This document shows, one piece after another, positions 49,216 through 64,000 of a stretch of 64,000 bases of DNA. The stretch lies in the NCBI RefSeq assembly GCF_009914755.1, contig NC_060931.1, one strand, 5' to 3'. Both the position numbers and the translations under genes were made by a program. The notes under the pieces were generated by a model. That model worked only from the letters and a program-made list of their open reading frames with translations. It was not told where the DNA came from and searched no databases. Source of the stretch: the human T2T-CHM13v2.0 reference genome, Homo sapiens. Positions within the stretch are counted from its first letter, which is position 1. Every line of letters begins with the position of its first letter.

Positions 49216-49435
49216 AGTGTTCCCAGTTTTCCTGCTCCTTAGAGGAGCTGGTGCCATAGTGACATTATTCTCTCCTTAAGTATCTGGTAGAATTTACCAG
49301 CCTAAGTAACCATCCAAGCAGTTTCTCTGAGGAAAAATTTTTAAATTTTTTCTTAATTAAATTTCTTTAATACTCATAGAATTATTCTTATATTTCTTTT
49401 GGGGTCAATTTTTGATAAGTTTTAGTTTCATTTCA

Positions 49436-49788
<353 letters not shown>

Positions 49789-50540
49789 CACGTTTATTTT
49801 GTTGTTAATGTCTAAAAGATCTAGAGAGGTGAATCCTTCATTCTAGACACTGGTTAACTACTTCTTTTCTCTTTCCTCTAGTTAATCTTTCCCAAAGTTT
49901 ACTAATTTTCTCAGTCTTTACAAAGATCCAAATTATGCACCTTTTTGATCCTCTCTCTTGCACATTTTTAAGCTTATTAATTTGTGTTTTTTAATCATTC
50001 TATTTTCCTTGAGTTTAATTTGCTGTTGTCATCTAATTGATTAAGATAGATTCTTAACACACTGATTTTATGCTTTTTTCTTTTTTTAAAGTGCACATAA
50101 ACCCATACATTTTCTTCTAAGTAAGAAACTGAAACTTTAACTGAACCCTACAGGTGTTGATATATTACATTTTTATTATCATTTGGTTCAGTGTATTGTC
50201 TAATTTCCACCATCACTTTTCTTTGCACCCATAGATTATTTAAAAGTTTATGTCTTAGTTCTCAGAGGAATCTTTTTGTCTTTGTTCTTGTTTCTTAGTT
50301 GTCCTATTATTACTGGTATTCAGTTTAAGTAAATTATGTTCAAAATATACCCTCTTTTATTTTAGTTTATTGAAATCTTTTGATATGTGCTTGCTTTGTG
50401 GCCATAATACATCAACTTTTATAAATCTTTTGCATGTGTTTGAAAATAACTTGTACTCTGCAGTTACTATTGGTTGCAGTGTTTAAAAATATATCCGTAA
50501 GATAGTTTTCTCACTGTTGACATGTTTAATCTTTATTGAT

Positions 50541-50942
50541 TATCTTAGTCCATTTGTGCTGCCATGACAAAATACCTGAGACTGGGTAATTCATAAGGAA
50601 CAGAAATGTATTTCTCACAGTGCTGGAGTCTGAGAAGTACAAGATCAAGGCCCCAGCAGGTGCAGTGTCTGATGAGGGCTGCTCTCTGCTGTGACAGTGC
50701 CCTGCTGCTGTGTCCTCTGGAGGGAGGAACGCTGTGTCCTCACATGGCAGAAGGGACAGAATGGGTGAAAAGACCTGAATTTCTCTGCCAAGCCCTTTTA
50801 GAAGGGCACCTAATCCCATTCATGAGGGTGAAGACGTCATGACTTAGTCACCTTCTAGAGGCCACACCTTTCAATTCTGTTACCTTTGGGATTAAGTTTC
50901 AACACGAATTTGGGAGAGAACACCAACATTCAAACCATAGCA
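50541..50942 (-). mobile_element. MSTD-like MaLR solo LTR
   Basis: TCTTAGTCCATTTGTGCTGCCATGACAAAATACCTGAGACTGGGTAAT..AACATTCAAACCATAGCA; perfect TSD TTGAT. Confidence 0.9.
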
Positions 50943-51238
50943 TTGATTTTACAACAAACACAAGTCTTTTTAAAATTTATTAAGTCATTTTATCAGATAA
51001 TTAAGAGAGACATGTTTTTTAAATGTCCATTATGATTATGACTTTGGCTCTTTGACTCCATGTAATCTCCATGTCAGTTTGTGCTTACTAGAATTTGAGG
51101 CTGTTAGAATTGTTATATCTTCTGTGTGACTTCAGCCTTTTTTAATTTTGAAGCATTCCTGTTTATCTCTAGTAACACTTCTGAAATTAATCTCTATTTT
51201 AATATTACTGGAACAATACCACTTTTAGAAATTTAGTT

Positions 51239-51693
51239 TACAGGTTCCCAAATGTTCCCTGTTCATGGCACCCGTAGTGTCTCAGTAATTCCGTCAGGAG
51301 GGCCCAAGACAAAAATAAAACCCAATAGTTTTATCAAACAGGTCCAAACAACTGATAAATATTTCTGTCCTAAGAACTTGGCACTTATTGGGCACTGTAC
51401 AACTTCTCAGAACTTGGAATCAGATCAGACACCACCCCTTTGTTTATGGGACCACAAGAACTTTTCCACAGTATTTGCTCTTTTATTACAGCAACTAATG
51501 AAAGATCAACTTCGCAATGACACAACATCATCAAAAGAAATCTAACACTGAAACTACAAACTTCCGAAAGCTTATGGTTTGTGTGGCATACAACGGATTT
51601 GATATGTTTTCTTACAATTTTTTAAATATTCCATGTAATCCTGAGTTGGCTATGGCAACACAGGACACATCAGTGCACCACTTGGAACTTACA
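51239..51693. mobile_element. hAT-Charlie derivative (MER119-like)
   Basis: TIR-like GGTTCCCAAA..TTGGAAC; minus strand ~51465-51525 reads approximately HCEVDLSLVAVIK, resembling the Charlie transposase C-terminal motif YLCEAGFSAVAVIKSKYR. Confidence 0.65.
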
Positions 51694-52697
51694 GGGTTAG
51701 TATTTGAAAAATATATCTTTACCCATCTCTTTACTTTTAACCATTCTGTCTCCTTATATGTAAATATGTCACTTGTAGGCAACATATAGTTGGCTGCTAT
51801 TTTATTTTTTAACCCATTGAGAAATTCTGCCTTTAATTGAAGTGTTTAGTTCATTAATGTTTAACATGACAAGTGATATATTAGGGAATATGAATATATT
51901 CATACCATCTTAAGTGTTTTATATTTAGATCACCTGTTTCATGTTACTTTTTCCCTTCTTTTGGATTGAGTCTTTTTTAGTAATCCTTTTATTTTCTTTG
52001 TTGGATTAGTTGTTAAATTGTTTTGGGGGGATTTTGTGGGTGGGGGGGTGGATTTGGGTTTATAATATACACCTTTAACTTATCACAGTATACCTTCAAG
52101 TTATTCATACCATGTAGCCTATGAAATAAGAAGCTTAAAATAATATGCTTCCATTTCTCTCCTCTCAACCTTTGTGATATCATTGTCATCTATATTTTCT
52201 CTTACACACATTATCAAACTCAACATACATTGTCATTTTTGTATGTCTAAAAAAGTATTTATTTTTATCTTTGGTTTAGAAAGATATTTTCACAAGATAT
52301 ATAATTTTAAGTTAACAAGTTTTTCTTTTAGTATTTTAATGACGCCATTCCACTGTCTTCTCAGTTGCACTGTCTTCAACAAGAAGTCATCTGCCATTCC
52401 CATATTTTTTCCTTGCTATATAACCTGCATTTTTCCGCTCACTGCTTTATAATTTTGCATTACTTTGTTTTTGCAAAATTTATGATGCTAATTGAATTTA
52501 TTTATTGATTGATTTTTCTAATTGAATTTGAGAAATTAGATTATGATGTGCTTCTGTATAGTTTCTTTATATTCTTGTGCTTGGGATTTGCCAAACTTCT
52601 TGGATGTGTAGGCTCAGAGTTTTAATCAAATTTGGAAAGTTTTTGTCATTATTTCTTCAAATATGTTTTCTGTTCCATCCTTTCTTCCCTTTGGGGG

Positions 52698-52699
52698 GT

Positions 52700-52747
<48 letters not shown>
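52698..52747. repeat. (TG)n microsatellite
   Basis: Directly visible. Confidence 0.95.
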
Positions 52748-52750
<3 letters not shown>

Positions 52751-53869
52751 ATTGAAGTGGTTCAAGCTGTTCAACAACAGTTCATTGATGTTCTGTTCAT
52801 TTTCTAAGATCCTTCTTTCTCTGTATTTTATTTTTTTATAGTTCCTATTGCTATGTCTTCAGGTTGCCTATTCTTTTCTTCTGCAATATCTAATCTGCTA
52901 TTAATCCCTTCCAAGTATTTTTTATCTCAGACACTGTATTTTCAAAATCTCTACATAGTTACTTCTGGTCTTCTTTCATATCTTTACTATTTCTACTTAA
53001 CTTTTTGAGCATATGAATACAGTCATAATAACTGCTTTAATGTCTTTGTTGGTTAATTACAATACCTGTGTCAGTAATCAGTCAATTTCCAATTGATTGA
53101 CTTTTCTTCTCCTTATGTATTATATTTGCTTGCTTCTTTGTATGCCTGGTAACTTTCTATTGGATGTCAACTATTGTGAATTTTACCTTGTTTCGTAGTA
53201 GGTATTTTAATATTTCTAGATATATTCTTGATCTTTATCTTGGAACACAGCTAAGTTACTTGGAGACAGTTTGATTCTTCTGCATCTTGCTTTTAATATT
53301 TGTTAAGTGGGACCAAGACAGTGCTTAGTCTGGGGCTAACTGTTCTTCACTGAGGCAAGATCCTTCTGACTATTCTACCCATTGCCCCATGAGTCATAAG
53401 ATTTTCCAATCTGGCTGGGAAAAAACAGGCACTTTTTGCAACTTAGTGTGAGCACAAGACATTGTTCCCTCTAATCATTTTGGGTCATTTTTGTGCTAGC
53501 CTTTGGTATTTTCCTCATATGTTTATGCTGATCAAAACTTATATAAATAATTGAGGAGGGCCTCAGTAGATTTTCACACTTCTCTCTCTATGCAGCCATC
53601 TCCTCTTTGGTACTCTGTAATATGAACTCTAGTAGCCTTGGTCTTCTAAAATTTTTAGCTTCATCTCTTCAAATCAGGGTGTCTTCTGAGTTCTGTATGA
53701 CTTTCCTGCATCTGTGTCCTGACCTGGAAACTCTTATAAGGCTGTTTGTGAGTTTACTTGTAGGACTTACCCTGTTTATTTCCCATTTCTCAGGGATCTG
53801 TGTTCTTTGTTGCTTGATATCTAGAATAATAAAAGCTGTTGTTTCCTATAGTTTGTCTTTTGTTTGTTT

Positions 53870-54840
53870 ATTTCCTAGAAGTTTAAACATACACTTACCA
53901 TATAACCCAATCATCCTTCTATTTTACTCAATAGTAATAAATGCATATTTTCACAGGAAAATTTGCACACAAATGTTCACAACAGCTTTATCTGCAGCAC
54001 GCCAAAACTGGAAACAACTCAAATGTTAATCAACAGATAAGTGGATAAACAAACGCTTTCTATCCACAATGGAATACTATTCATCAATACAAAGGAATAT
54101 TACTCACCAATAAATCCTTAACATACATAACAACAAGGTTGACTCTTAAAATAATTAAGCTGAGTATAGGAAGCTAAACCAAAAAGAACTCATTGTGGCT
54201 AATTCCATTTAAATAAATACTTTAAAATGCAAACTAAACTATGGTGACAGAAAGCTGACCAGTGATTGCCTTGGAATGGGATTAGGGTAGAGAGAAGTGA
54301 ATTGCAAAGGGGCATAAGGAACTCTGGAGCGTGGACCATCTTCATTGTCTTGGTCATGGTGATGGTTTTATAGTCTTATACATGATTCAAACCTATCAAA
54401 ACCACATAGTTTAAATATGCATAGTTTTTTTTTTTGTTTTTTTTTTTTGTTTGTTTTTTTTGAGACAGAGTCTTGCTCCCAGGCCAGAATGCATAGTTTT
54501 TTTTTTTTTTTTTTTTTTTGAGACAGAGTCTCGCTCCCAGGCCGGATTGCAGTGGTGCTATTTTGGCTCACTGCAAGCTCTGCCTCCTGGGTCACACCAT
54601 TCTCCTGCCTCAGCCTCCCAAGTAGCTGGGACTACAGGCACCCGCCACCGTGACCAGCTAATTTTTTTGCATTTTTAGTAGAGATGGGGTTTCACCAGGT
54701 TAGCCAGGATGGTCTCAATCTCCTGACCTCGTGATCCACCCGCCTCGGCCTCCCAAAGTGCTGGGATTATAGGTGTGAGCCACTGCCCCCGGCCTAAATA
54801 TGCAGAGTTTTTATACACTAGTTACACCTTACTACAGCAG
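53870..54840 (+). mobile_element. L1ME/L1MD 3' end interrupted by AluY
   Basis: TAAACATACACTTACCATATAACCCA..CACAAATGTTCACAACAGCTTTAT..GCCAAAACTGGAAACAACTCAAATGT..TTTAAATATGCA. Confidence 0.85.
54425..54794 (-). mobile_element. AluY with tandemly duplicated 3' end and tail
   Basis: CTGCAAGCTC, CCATTCTCCTG, TTAGCCAGGATGGTCTC; TSD TAAATATGCA(T/G)AGTTT; 54417-54488 is repeated at 54489-54546. Confidence 0.95.
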
Positions 54841-55186
54841 AAATACAGAGAATTGACTATTAAGAACAAAAACAATAACACTAAATTGTGGGGTTTGTAG
54901 CATATGTAGAAGTAAAAATGTATGCCAGCATTATACAACAGAGAGCAGGAATTTACAGAAGGAAAGCCTCATAAGGTCCTTACACTATATGTGAAGTGGA
55001 AAAAAGGTAACAAAGATCAGGTAGGACAAACAAAACAAAACCAAGATGGTAAATTTAACCCAAGCATGTCAATAAATGCTGAAAGATAGATGGTGTCAAG
55101 TTGAATATAAAAAAGCAAGACCCATCATTATGCTGTCTACAAGAAATCCACTTTAAATACAAAAAAAATATGGAAAAAGGTACCAT

Positions 55187-55190
<4 letters not shown>

Positions 55191-55224
<34 letters not shown>
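55191..55224. repeat. (CA)n microsatellite
   Basis: Directly visible. Confidence 0.95.
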
Positions 55225-55227
<3 letters not shown>

Positions 55228-55479
55228 TACAGCTTGAGATGTTCTATTAATAGCAGGCAAAGCTGATTTTAGAACAAAAAGTATGACCAGGGCTAAAGGG
55301 AAATATTTCAAAATGACAAATTGGTAACCAAAAGGATAAAAAAACCTAAATAGGCACACACCTAATAACGACACTTAACGAAATGCGACAAAAGGTGAAA
55401 CAATTAAAAGATAAATGTACAACTTCACAATTGTAGTTGAAAATTTCAGCCTTCCTTTCTCTCTATTTGACAGAACAAG

Positions 55480-55849
55480 AGTGACGTACTGAATGCTTGT
55501 GCCCTTCCCCCTGCCAAATTCATATGTTGGAACCCTCACCCCCACGTGATGGCTTTAGAAGGTGGGGCCTTTGAGAAGTGATTAGGTTTGGAAGAGGTTT
55601 AGATGGGATTAGTGTCCTTATAAGAAGAGAAAGGGACTACAGCTCTCTCTCTTCTATGTGAGGACACAGCAAGAAGACAGCCGTCTGCACACCAGGAAGA
55701 GAGCCCTCATCAGGAACCAAATCTGCTGGTATCTTGATCTTGTACTTCCCAGCCTCCAGAACTGTGAAAAATAAATTGCTGTTGTTTAAGCTGTCCAGTC
55801 TATGGTAGTCTATGGTAATTTTTTATAGCAGCCAGAGCAGACAAGGACA
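55480..55849 (+). mobile_element. MLT1A MaLR solo LTR
   Basis: CAAATTCATATGTTGGAACCCTCACCCCC..GGTGGGGCCTTTG..ATGTGAGGACACAGCAAGAAG..TTCCCAGCCTCCAGAACTGTG. Confidence 0.9.
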
Positions 55850-56165
55850 AGTAAACATAAAACCAGTAAGGATAGAGAAGATTTAAACAACCCTGTCAAG
55901 CATTTTGACCTAACTGACGTTTATAGAACCCTCCACCCAAAATAGAAGAACATTCTTTTCAAGGGCATATGGAATAGTCACCAAATAGACCATGTTCAAG
56001 TCTTCTAAACAAGCCCCATAAAATTTAAGAGGATTGCAATAAAGTGTTCCCTCTGACCGCAAAATAATTAACATAAAATATTAACAGAAAGATTTGGGGA
56101 CATACGGAAATATTTAGAAATTTAACAACATACATCTAAATAATGTATGTATCAAAAAGAATTAA

Positions 56166-56530
56166 TATGCAGCCATAAAAAAAGAATGAAGTCATGTCCT
56201 TTGCAGCAACATGGATGCAATTGGGGGCCATTATCCTAAGCAAATTAATCCCAAAACAGAAAAACCAAATACCACATTCTCACTTGTAACTGGGAGGTAA
56301 AAACTAAGTACTCATGGACATAAAGATGGCAAAAATGGACACTGGGGACTACGAGAGGGAGGAGTGAAGAAGGGGGACAAGGATTGACAAACTAACTGTC
56401 AGATACTATACTCAGTATCTGGGTGACTAGATCATTTGTACCCCAAATCTTAGCATCACACAGTATACCTAGGTAACATGTACCCCCTGAATCTAAGGTA
56501 AAAGTTGAAAAAAAATAAAAACATAAAAAA
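56166..56530 (+). mobile_element. L1PA15-17-like 3' end
   Basis: GCAGCCATAAAAAAAGAATGAAGTCATGTCCTTTGCAGCAACATGGATG..ATGGACATAAAGATGGCAA..CATGTACCCCCTGAATCTAA plus A tail. Confidence 0.88.
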
Positions 56531-57593
56531 CAATGAATAGAGGGAATGAGAAAATAGTTTGAACTGAATGAAAGTGAAAACACAATATATTGAAATTCAT
56601 GGGATGAATTTAAAACAATAATTTTAGAAAAACATGCAGCATTATGCCAAAAATATACCAGATTGACTAATACACCAGATTGTTAAGATTGATTAACACC
56701 AATCTTAATAGTAAAAAATGAAAGTCTTTCTCCCTGATTGAGAACATGTGCAGGATGACCACCCTTGCCATTGTTACTCAGTGTTGTATTTGAAGACCTA
56801 ACCAAAGCATTTCTGCAAGACAAAAAAATAAAATGCATACTATTTGGAAAAGAATAGGAAGAACTATATTTGTTTGAAGATGACATGATTGTCTAGGTAG
56901 GACATCTTAAAAAATTAACTCCCCCAAAAAGGTTCTAAATGAATAAGTGAGATAAGCAAGTTTTCAGGATACAAAGACACAATCACCAGTGATGAACAAT
57001 GGGAAATTAAAACCACTATAATGGCAACAAAAAGATTAAATGCTTATGGATACATGTACGCATATGTATATATATGTGTGTGTGTGTGTGTATATACATA
57101 TATGACACGAACGCTGACAACTGTAAAATGTTGCTAAGAGAAAATTTTTAATCTAAGTAAATTGAAAGATACATCATATTTGTGTATCAGAAGACTCAGA
57201 ATTGCTCAGATGTCATTTCTCACCAAATTGATCTATAGCTTCAATGGAATACCAGTACAAATCTCTTGTACATGGAAATTAACATGTTGGTTCTAAAATT
57301 TATATAGATCTACAAAGGATTTAGAATAGCCAAAATAGTTTTGAAAGTAAACTAAGATGAAGCATTTAAATTACCTGATTTCAAGACTTAGTAATCTATA
57401 GAAAACAACATAATATATTTTTGGCATAAACATAGACACAAAAAGCAATGGGACAGTATAGAGTCAGAAATACACCCACACAAATATCGTCAATTGATTT
57501 TACACAAAACTTCCAAGAAAACTCAATGGGAACAAGAATCATCTTTTCAATAAATGATGCCAGATATCCACATGCAAAAAAAATAAATAAATA

Positions 57594-57914
<321 letters not shown>

Positions 57915-58199
57915 TTACTTCACACAATACACAAAAATTAACTTGAAATTGATTAGTCTTTGCTAGATCACTCCTAAAGAGTAGGCTTTCAGGGCCTCCA
58001 CCCCTACAGAGCTGTCAGCTCTCTACCCTTCCCCTAGTCAGCCTCTAGCTGCTCCCTTCTGAATCAGAGAATTTCCCAGGGATTGAAGTTGCCTTCATGC
58101 TGGGTTACCTGCTCCTCTCAATTGTCCCCCAGGCCCTGCTGCAGGACTTCTTCACCAGCTCATTAACTCTCCAGATTCTTCAAGGAGTGTGTGAGAGAG

Positions 58200-58202
<3 letters not shown>

Positions 58203-58246
<44 letters not shown>
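58203..58246. repeat. (GT)n microsatellite
   Basis: About 22 perfect units. Confidence 0.97.
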
Positions 58247-58248
<2 letters not shown>

Positions 58249-59075
58249 TCTTCCAGTTGTTCTCAGCATATGCTTTGGTCTGAATTACCTGGTGCACCAT
58301 TACTGGAAGTAGCCATGTTTGCTTATTTCATGTTTGCTTGTCCATTACTTTCTGAAAGAGATGTACTAATAAATCCAATAAACTTTGTTCATTTATCTAT
58401 TTTCCTCCAATTCACTCAGTTTGTGATTTATGAAAGGATTGCCTTTTCTTCATTCCTTTTATTTTAATGAGTAAGGATTTTTCCCAAACACATTCTGCCT
58501 CTCTCTGCCCCTTCACTTATTTGTCCCAAGCAAAACACATCTACTTTTTTATATTTTTACATTTTTCACAAAATTATACTTTACACAAAATTAAAGTTAC
58601 TACTTTGCCTTCCCTTAGTTTCACATTTGTGTGGTATATTATTTCCCTTTGCTGTATTTTCAGCCTTCCTGGATCCTTTTAAATATAAATCTTGCTAATG
58701 ACATATTTCTGAGTCTCCTTTGTTGGTTTTAGAATCTGAGAGTCTCTTTTCTTTTGAGCAATGATTTTAAACCATTTATATTTATTCAAATACTATAATA
58801 TTAGGCAATTTGTTTTATCTTATTGCACATTTTTAACTTATAAATTTTATTTTTTGTTTTCTTTTTCTGTCTTGCCTTGAGTATAGACATTCATTCTACT
58901 GGTTTGAAAGTTATTTATTTTATTTTTGTTACTGCTCTCTACACATTGTTAAGACCTAATATCAGCTTATTCCTCTTATTAATGTCTAAAGCACAACATC
59001 TATATCTTTAAGGGCTTCCCCTGTACAAAATGAGAAGCATAACATTCCTCGTATCAATATTCACACCTTGCATAG

Positions 59076-59570
59076 TGTATTTGTTATCTATTGCTGTGTG
59101 ACAATTTATCCCAAAGTTTAGCAAATTAAAACAACCAACATTTTTTGTCTCACAGTATCTAAGGATGAGAAATGCAATCATAGCTTTCTTGAGTACTGCA
59201 GGTATACTATCTAATAAGACTGCAGTCAAGGTGTCAACTGGTGCTCTAGTCATCTTGCGATGATGATTTGATTCCCAGCTCCTTCATGTAGCTGTGACAG
59301 AGACATCAGTTCCTTGTCACGTGGGCCTTTCCCTAAGGTTGTTCACAATATGGCAGCATGGTCCCCTCAGAGTAAGTGAGCAGGCAAGTGAGTGAGAGAC
59401 AGAGCCCAAGACAGAAGCCACGGTCTTTAGGTAACCTAACCTAACCTAAGAGACAGCCCATCACGTGTGCTGAAGTCTATCCATTCAAAGGGAATCACTA
59501 GGTCCAGCCCACATCCAACATGAGGAGATTACACAAAAGCATGAATATCTGGAGGTGGGATTGTTGAGCT
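59076..59570 (-). mobile_element. MLT1F-like MaLR LTR
   Basis: TGTATTTGTTATCTATTGCTGTGTGACAA..CAGTTCCTTGTCACGTGGGCCT..CCCAAGACAGAAGCCAC..TCACTAGGTCCAGCCCACA. Confidence 0.85.
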
Positions 59571-59574
59571 TTCT

Positions 59575-61380
<1,806 letters not shown>

Positions 61381-61419
61381 TATTCCTCTGTATGTAATAT
61401 GTCTGTGTCTGACTGTGTA

Positions 61420-62875
61420 TCCATCTGTCTCTCTCTTGGTTACACTTAAGATTTTCTCTTTATCACAGCTTTTGAGTAATTTAAATATAATGTGCCTCAG
61501 TATCATTTTTAAAAATATGCTAGGGTTTATTGATCTTCTTGGATCTATGGGCTCATAGTTTTCCCCAAGTTTAAAATATTTTGGTAGTTATTTCTTCAAA
61601 TATTTTTATGCTTCCCTTTGGGTATTTTAAATACCCATATATTAAGCTACTTGAATATACCCCACAACTCACCAATGCTGTTTTAATTTTCTAAAAATTC
61701 TTGTTTCTTCCTGTGTTTCCTTTTGGATAGTTTCTATTGTTTTGCCTTTAAGTTCATTAATCTTTCATTCACAATGTCTAATCTACCATTAATCCTTTTT
61801 AGTGTATTTTTTCTCATAAACAGTGCATTTTTCATCTCTAGAAATTCTATTTGAGTAATTTTATATCATTAACGTCTATACTCATATAGAATATATGTTC
61901 TTTTAAAACATGTAGTTATAATAACTGCTTCAATGTCTTTATCCACTATGCTAACATTTTGTCAGTTCTGGATTACATTTGATTAATTGATTATTCTTGT
62001 AGTTATGCATGTAATTATCTTGCCTCTTTGTAGACTTAGTAATTTTGATTGAATACCATATATTGAATTTTACATTGTTGTATAGTTAGAACACACATTT
62101 TTACATTGGTGTGTGCTGGATATTTTTGTTTTCTAAAAATCTTGAACTTTATTCTGGGATGTAGTTTAGTTACTTGTAAATAATTTGAGCCTTTTGGCTT
62201 TTGCTTTACAATTTGTTGAGTGGTTCTTGAGTAGAGATCAATGTAGGGTAATTATCGCCCTGTATTCAGGCAAGATCTCCCTGAATGCTCGACCCAGTTT
62301 CCCATGATCTATGATTTTTTTCCAATTTGGCTGGAAAAAAAACAGTATTTCCAGAAAAAAACAGTATTATCCTGAGACCTATTTGAAGACTGGACACTGT
62401 TCTCTCTAATTCTTTTACAGGGTTCTTTCTCTGCGACCAGATAATTTTGTCACATGCCTATGTTGATCAATACTCTGTGGGATATTCATTGGAAACCCCC
62501 TGTAGATCTCTGGAGTTTTCTCTCTTTGTGGCTCTCTCCTCTGGTTCTCTGTCCTATGAACTCTAGTAACCCTCTTCTCTCTGACTCTTAGCTCTTTCTC
62601 AACTCAGGCAAGTCCTCTGGGATCCACCTCAGTTCCCCCTCCTGTACCGTGTCTGGGAAGCTCTCTCCAGGATGCATACCCAAGCAGTCACGGGGTCCAC
62701 AGTTCAGCCCCCATCTCTCAGGAATCACTGTCCTTCATCGCCTGATGCCCAGTTTCTTGAAAACCATTGGGTTTCTTTTCTTTTCTTTTCTTTTCTTTTC
62801 TTTTCTTTTCTTTTCTTTTCTTTTCTTTTCTTTTTCCTTCCTTCCTTCCTTTCTTTCTTTCTTTCTTTCTTTCTT

Positions 62876-62925
<50 letters not shown>

Positions 62926-62995
62926 TCGTTGGTTTTCCCAGGCAGGAGGATAAATCTGATCCCTGTTGCTTTATTTTGGCTACAGTATAAGTCTA
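61420..62995 (-). mobile_element. Ancient L1M 5' region (ORF1/5'UTR), same family type as 52440-53860
   Basis: TTATTTCTTCAAATATTTTT, TGTCTAATCTACCATTAATCC, CTATGAACTCTAG, TCTCAGGAATCACTGTCCTTCA, ATAAATCTGATCCCTGTT. Confidence 0.75.
62772..62926. repeat. Compound (TTTTC)n/(CTTC)n/(TTTC)n microsatellite
   Basis: Pure pyrimidine tract of ~155 bp. Confidence 0.97.
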
Positions 62996-64000
62996 CAAGT
63001 TATTTATTCATAGCTAGTTGTTCATTTTCCACATTCCCAATATCCTCGTTCAGCTCTCAAAACATATTCAGTCCCTAAGAGCACCTTCCTAATTTCAGTT
63101 ATTATTCTGTCTATTCCACGACATCTGCTTCCTCTGGCTTAGACTGCTCTGTTGGTTGTCTTTCACAGTGCTTGAGTTTAATGTATGGCAGGTGATGTTC
63201 CCTTTGGGCTCGATTTCATTCTCTGGGCTGTCAATTGATGTCTAACAGTGAGGAGAGGTGGAGAGTTGAGCTTACTGTGTTCTTATCCAGGTGGGTGGAC
63301 AGGACAACCCCAGGGAAGGGTGTCCCAGTTTCGCAGCATGGTTTCCACCATTCTTTGTTTTCCCCTAAGAAGTCTACTAGTAGGTCCGCCTTAGGCATTA
63401 CTTCACCCGTTCTTTTCAGGAGCAGTTGTGCCTAACTCTTGCATTGGAAAGGAGTAGCAGAGACCATTAAGGGTGGGCCAGCCACCAGGGCATTTTACTG
63501 TTGACTGCTTGGTCCCCAGCCAGTTTCTGCTGCTGTCCTGATAATAAATTTGTCTGGCTGGCACTGTAGTTTTCTTGATACAATTATATTTTGCAGGAAA
63601 TGACCCATTCAGAGCAAGGTAAAGAAGAAGAAAGAGCACAACTAGGAAGACAGGCCAAGCTGATCCCCCATTTGTTGTCCCTGACCCTCTCTAGCCTTGT
63701 TCCCTCACATCTGGACCCTCCCACCATTTGACTGCTTGAGATCATGCTCACGTCTGCTGTTGAACATTTCCGACTGTTCATCACCTCATAGCTCGCATTA
63801 CATCTGCAGGGTTGGGTTTGGGAGAAAGGCTCAGCAGCTCCATTTGTTCTTCATAGCATCCAGACTTTCTTTTTCCTTGTTGATAACTTAATTATTTAAC
63901 TACATAATTCTCTTGAATTATAATTCAAAACTTTTATTCATGATCCTGACTCCAATTGGTAATCAGCAGGTAGAAAGTGTTCCAATTAGAAAAATCAAAT

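Overview
This is primate genomic DNA, most likely human or great ape: it carries AluY/S/J, L1PA8-like, MSTA and MLT2A2 elements. I see no recognisable protein-coding gene, tRNA, rRNA or CRISPR array, and I cannot name the locus. Roughly half or more of the window is interspersed repeat: nine Alus, a 6.3-kb 3'-deleted L1M, a twin-primed L1PA, many MaLR/ERVL/ERV1 solo LTRs, MIR/L2 remnants and hAT elements. The left ~9 kb is relatively GC-rich and 49-63 kb is AT-rich and L1-dense. The dominant unusual object is an indel-free 45-bp minisatellite of 55 units (34191-36693). It produces the two ~840-aa ORFs, which are almost certainly repeat artefacts, and it has higher-order variant structure and ~30 near-ARE/MARE motifs. 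The best system-level hypothesis is a spliced minus-strand non-coding transcript driven by an intact ERV1 solo LTR (40338-41119), with candidate exons at 38314-38465 and 5029-5191; this rests on splice and promoter motifs only. Other points of note are perfect palindromes, templated-insertion scars inside L1s, nested and divergent LTRs, and motif-dense candidate enhancers. Repeat subfamily names come from recalled consensus sequences and need RepeatMasker/Dfam confirmation.
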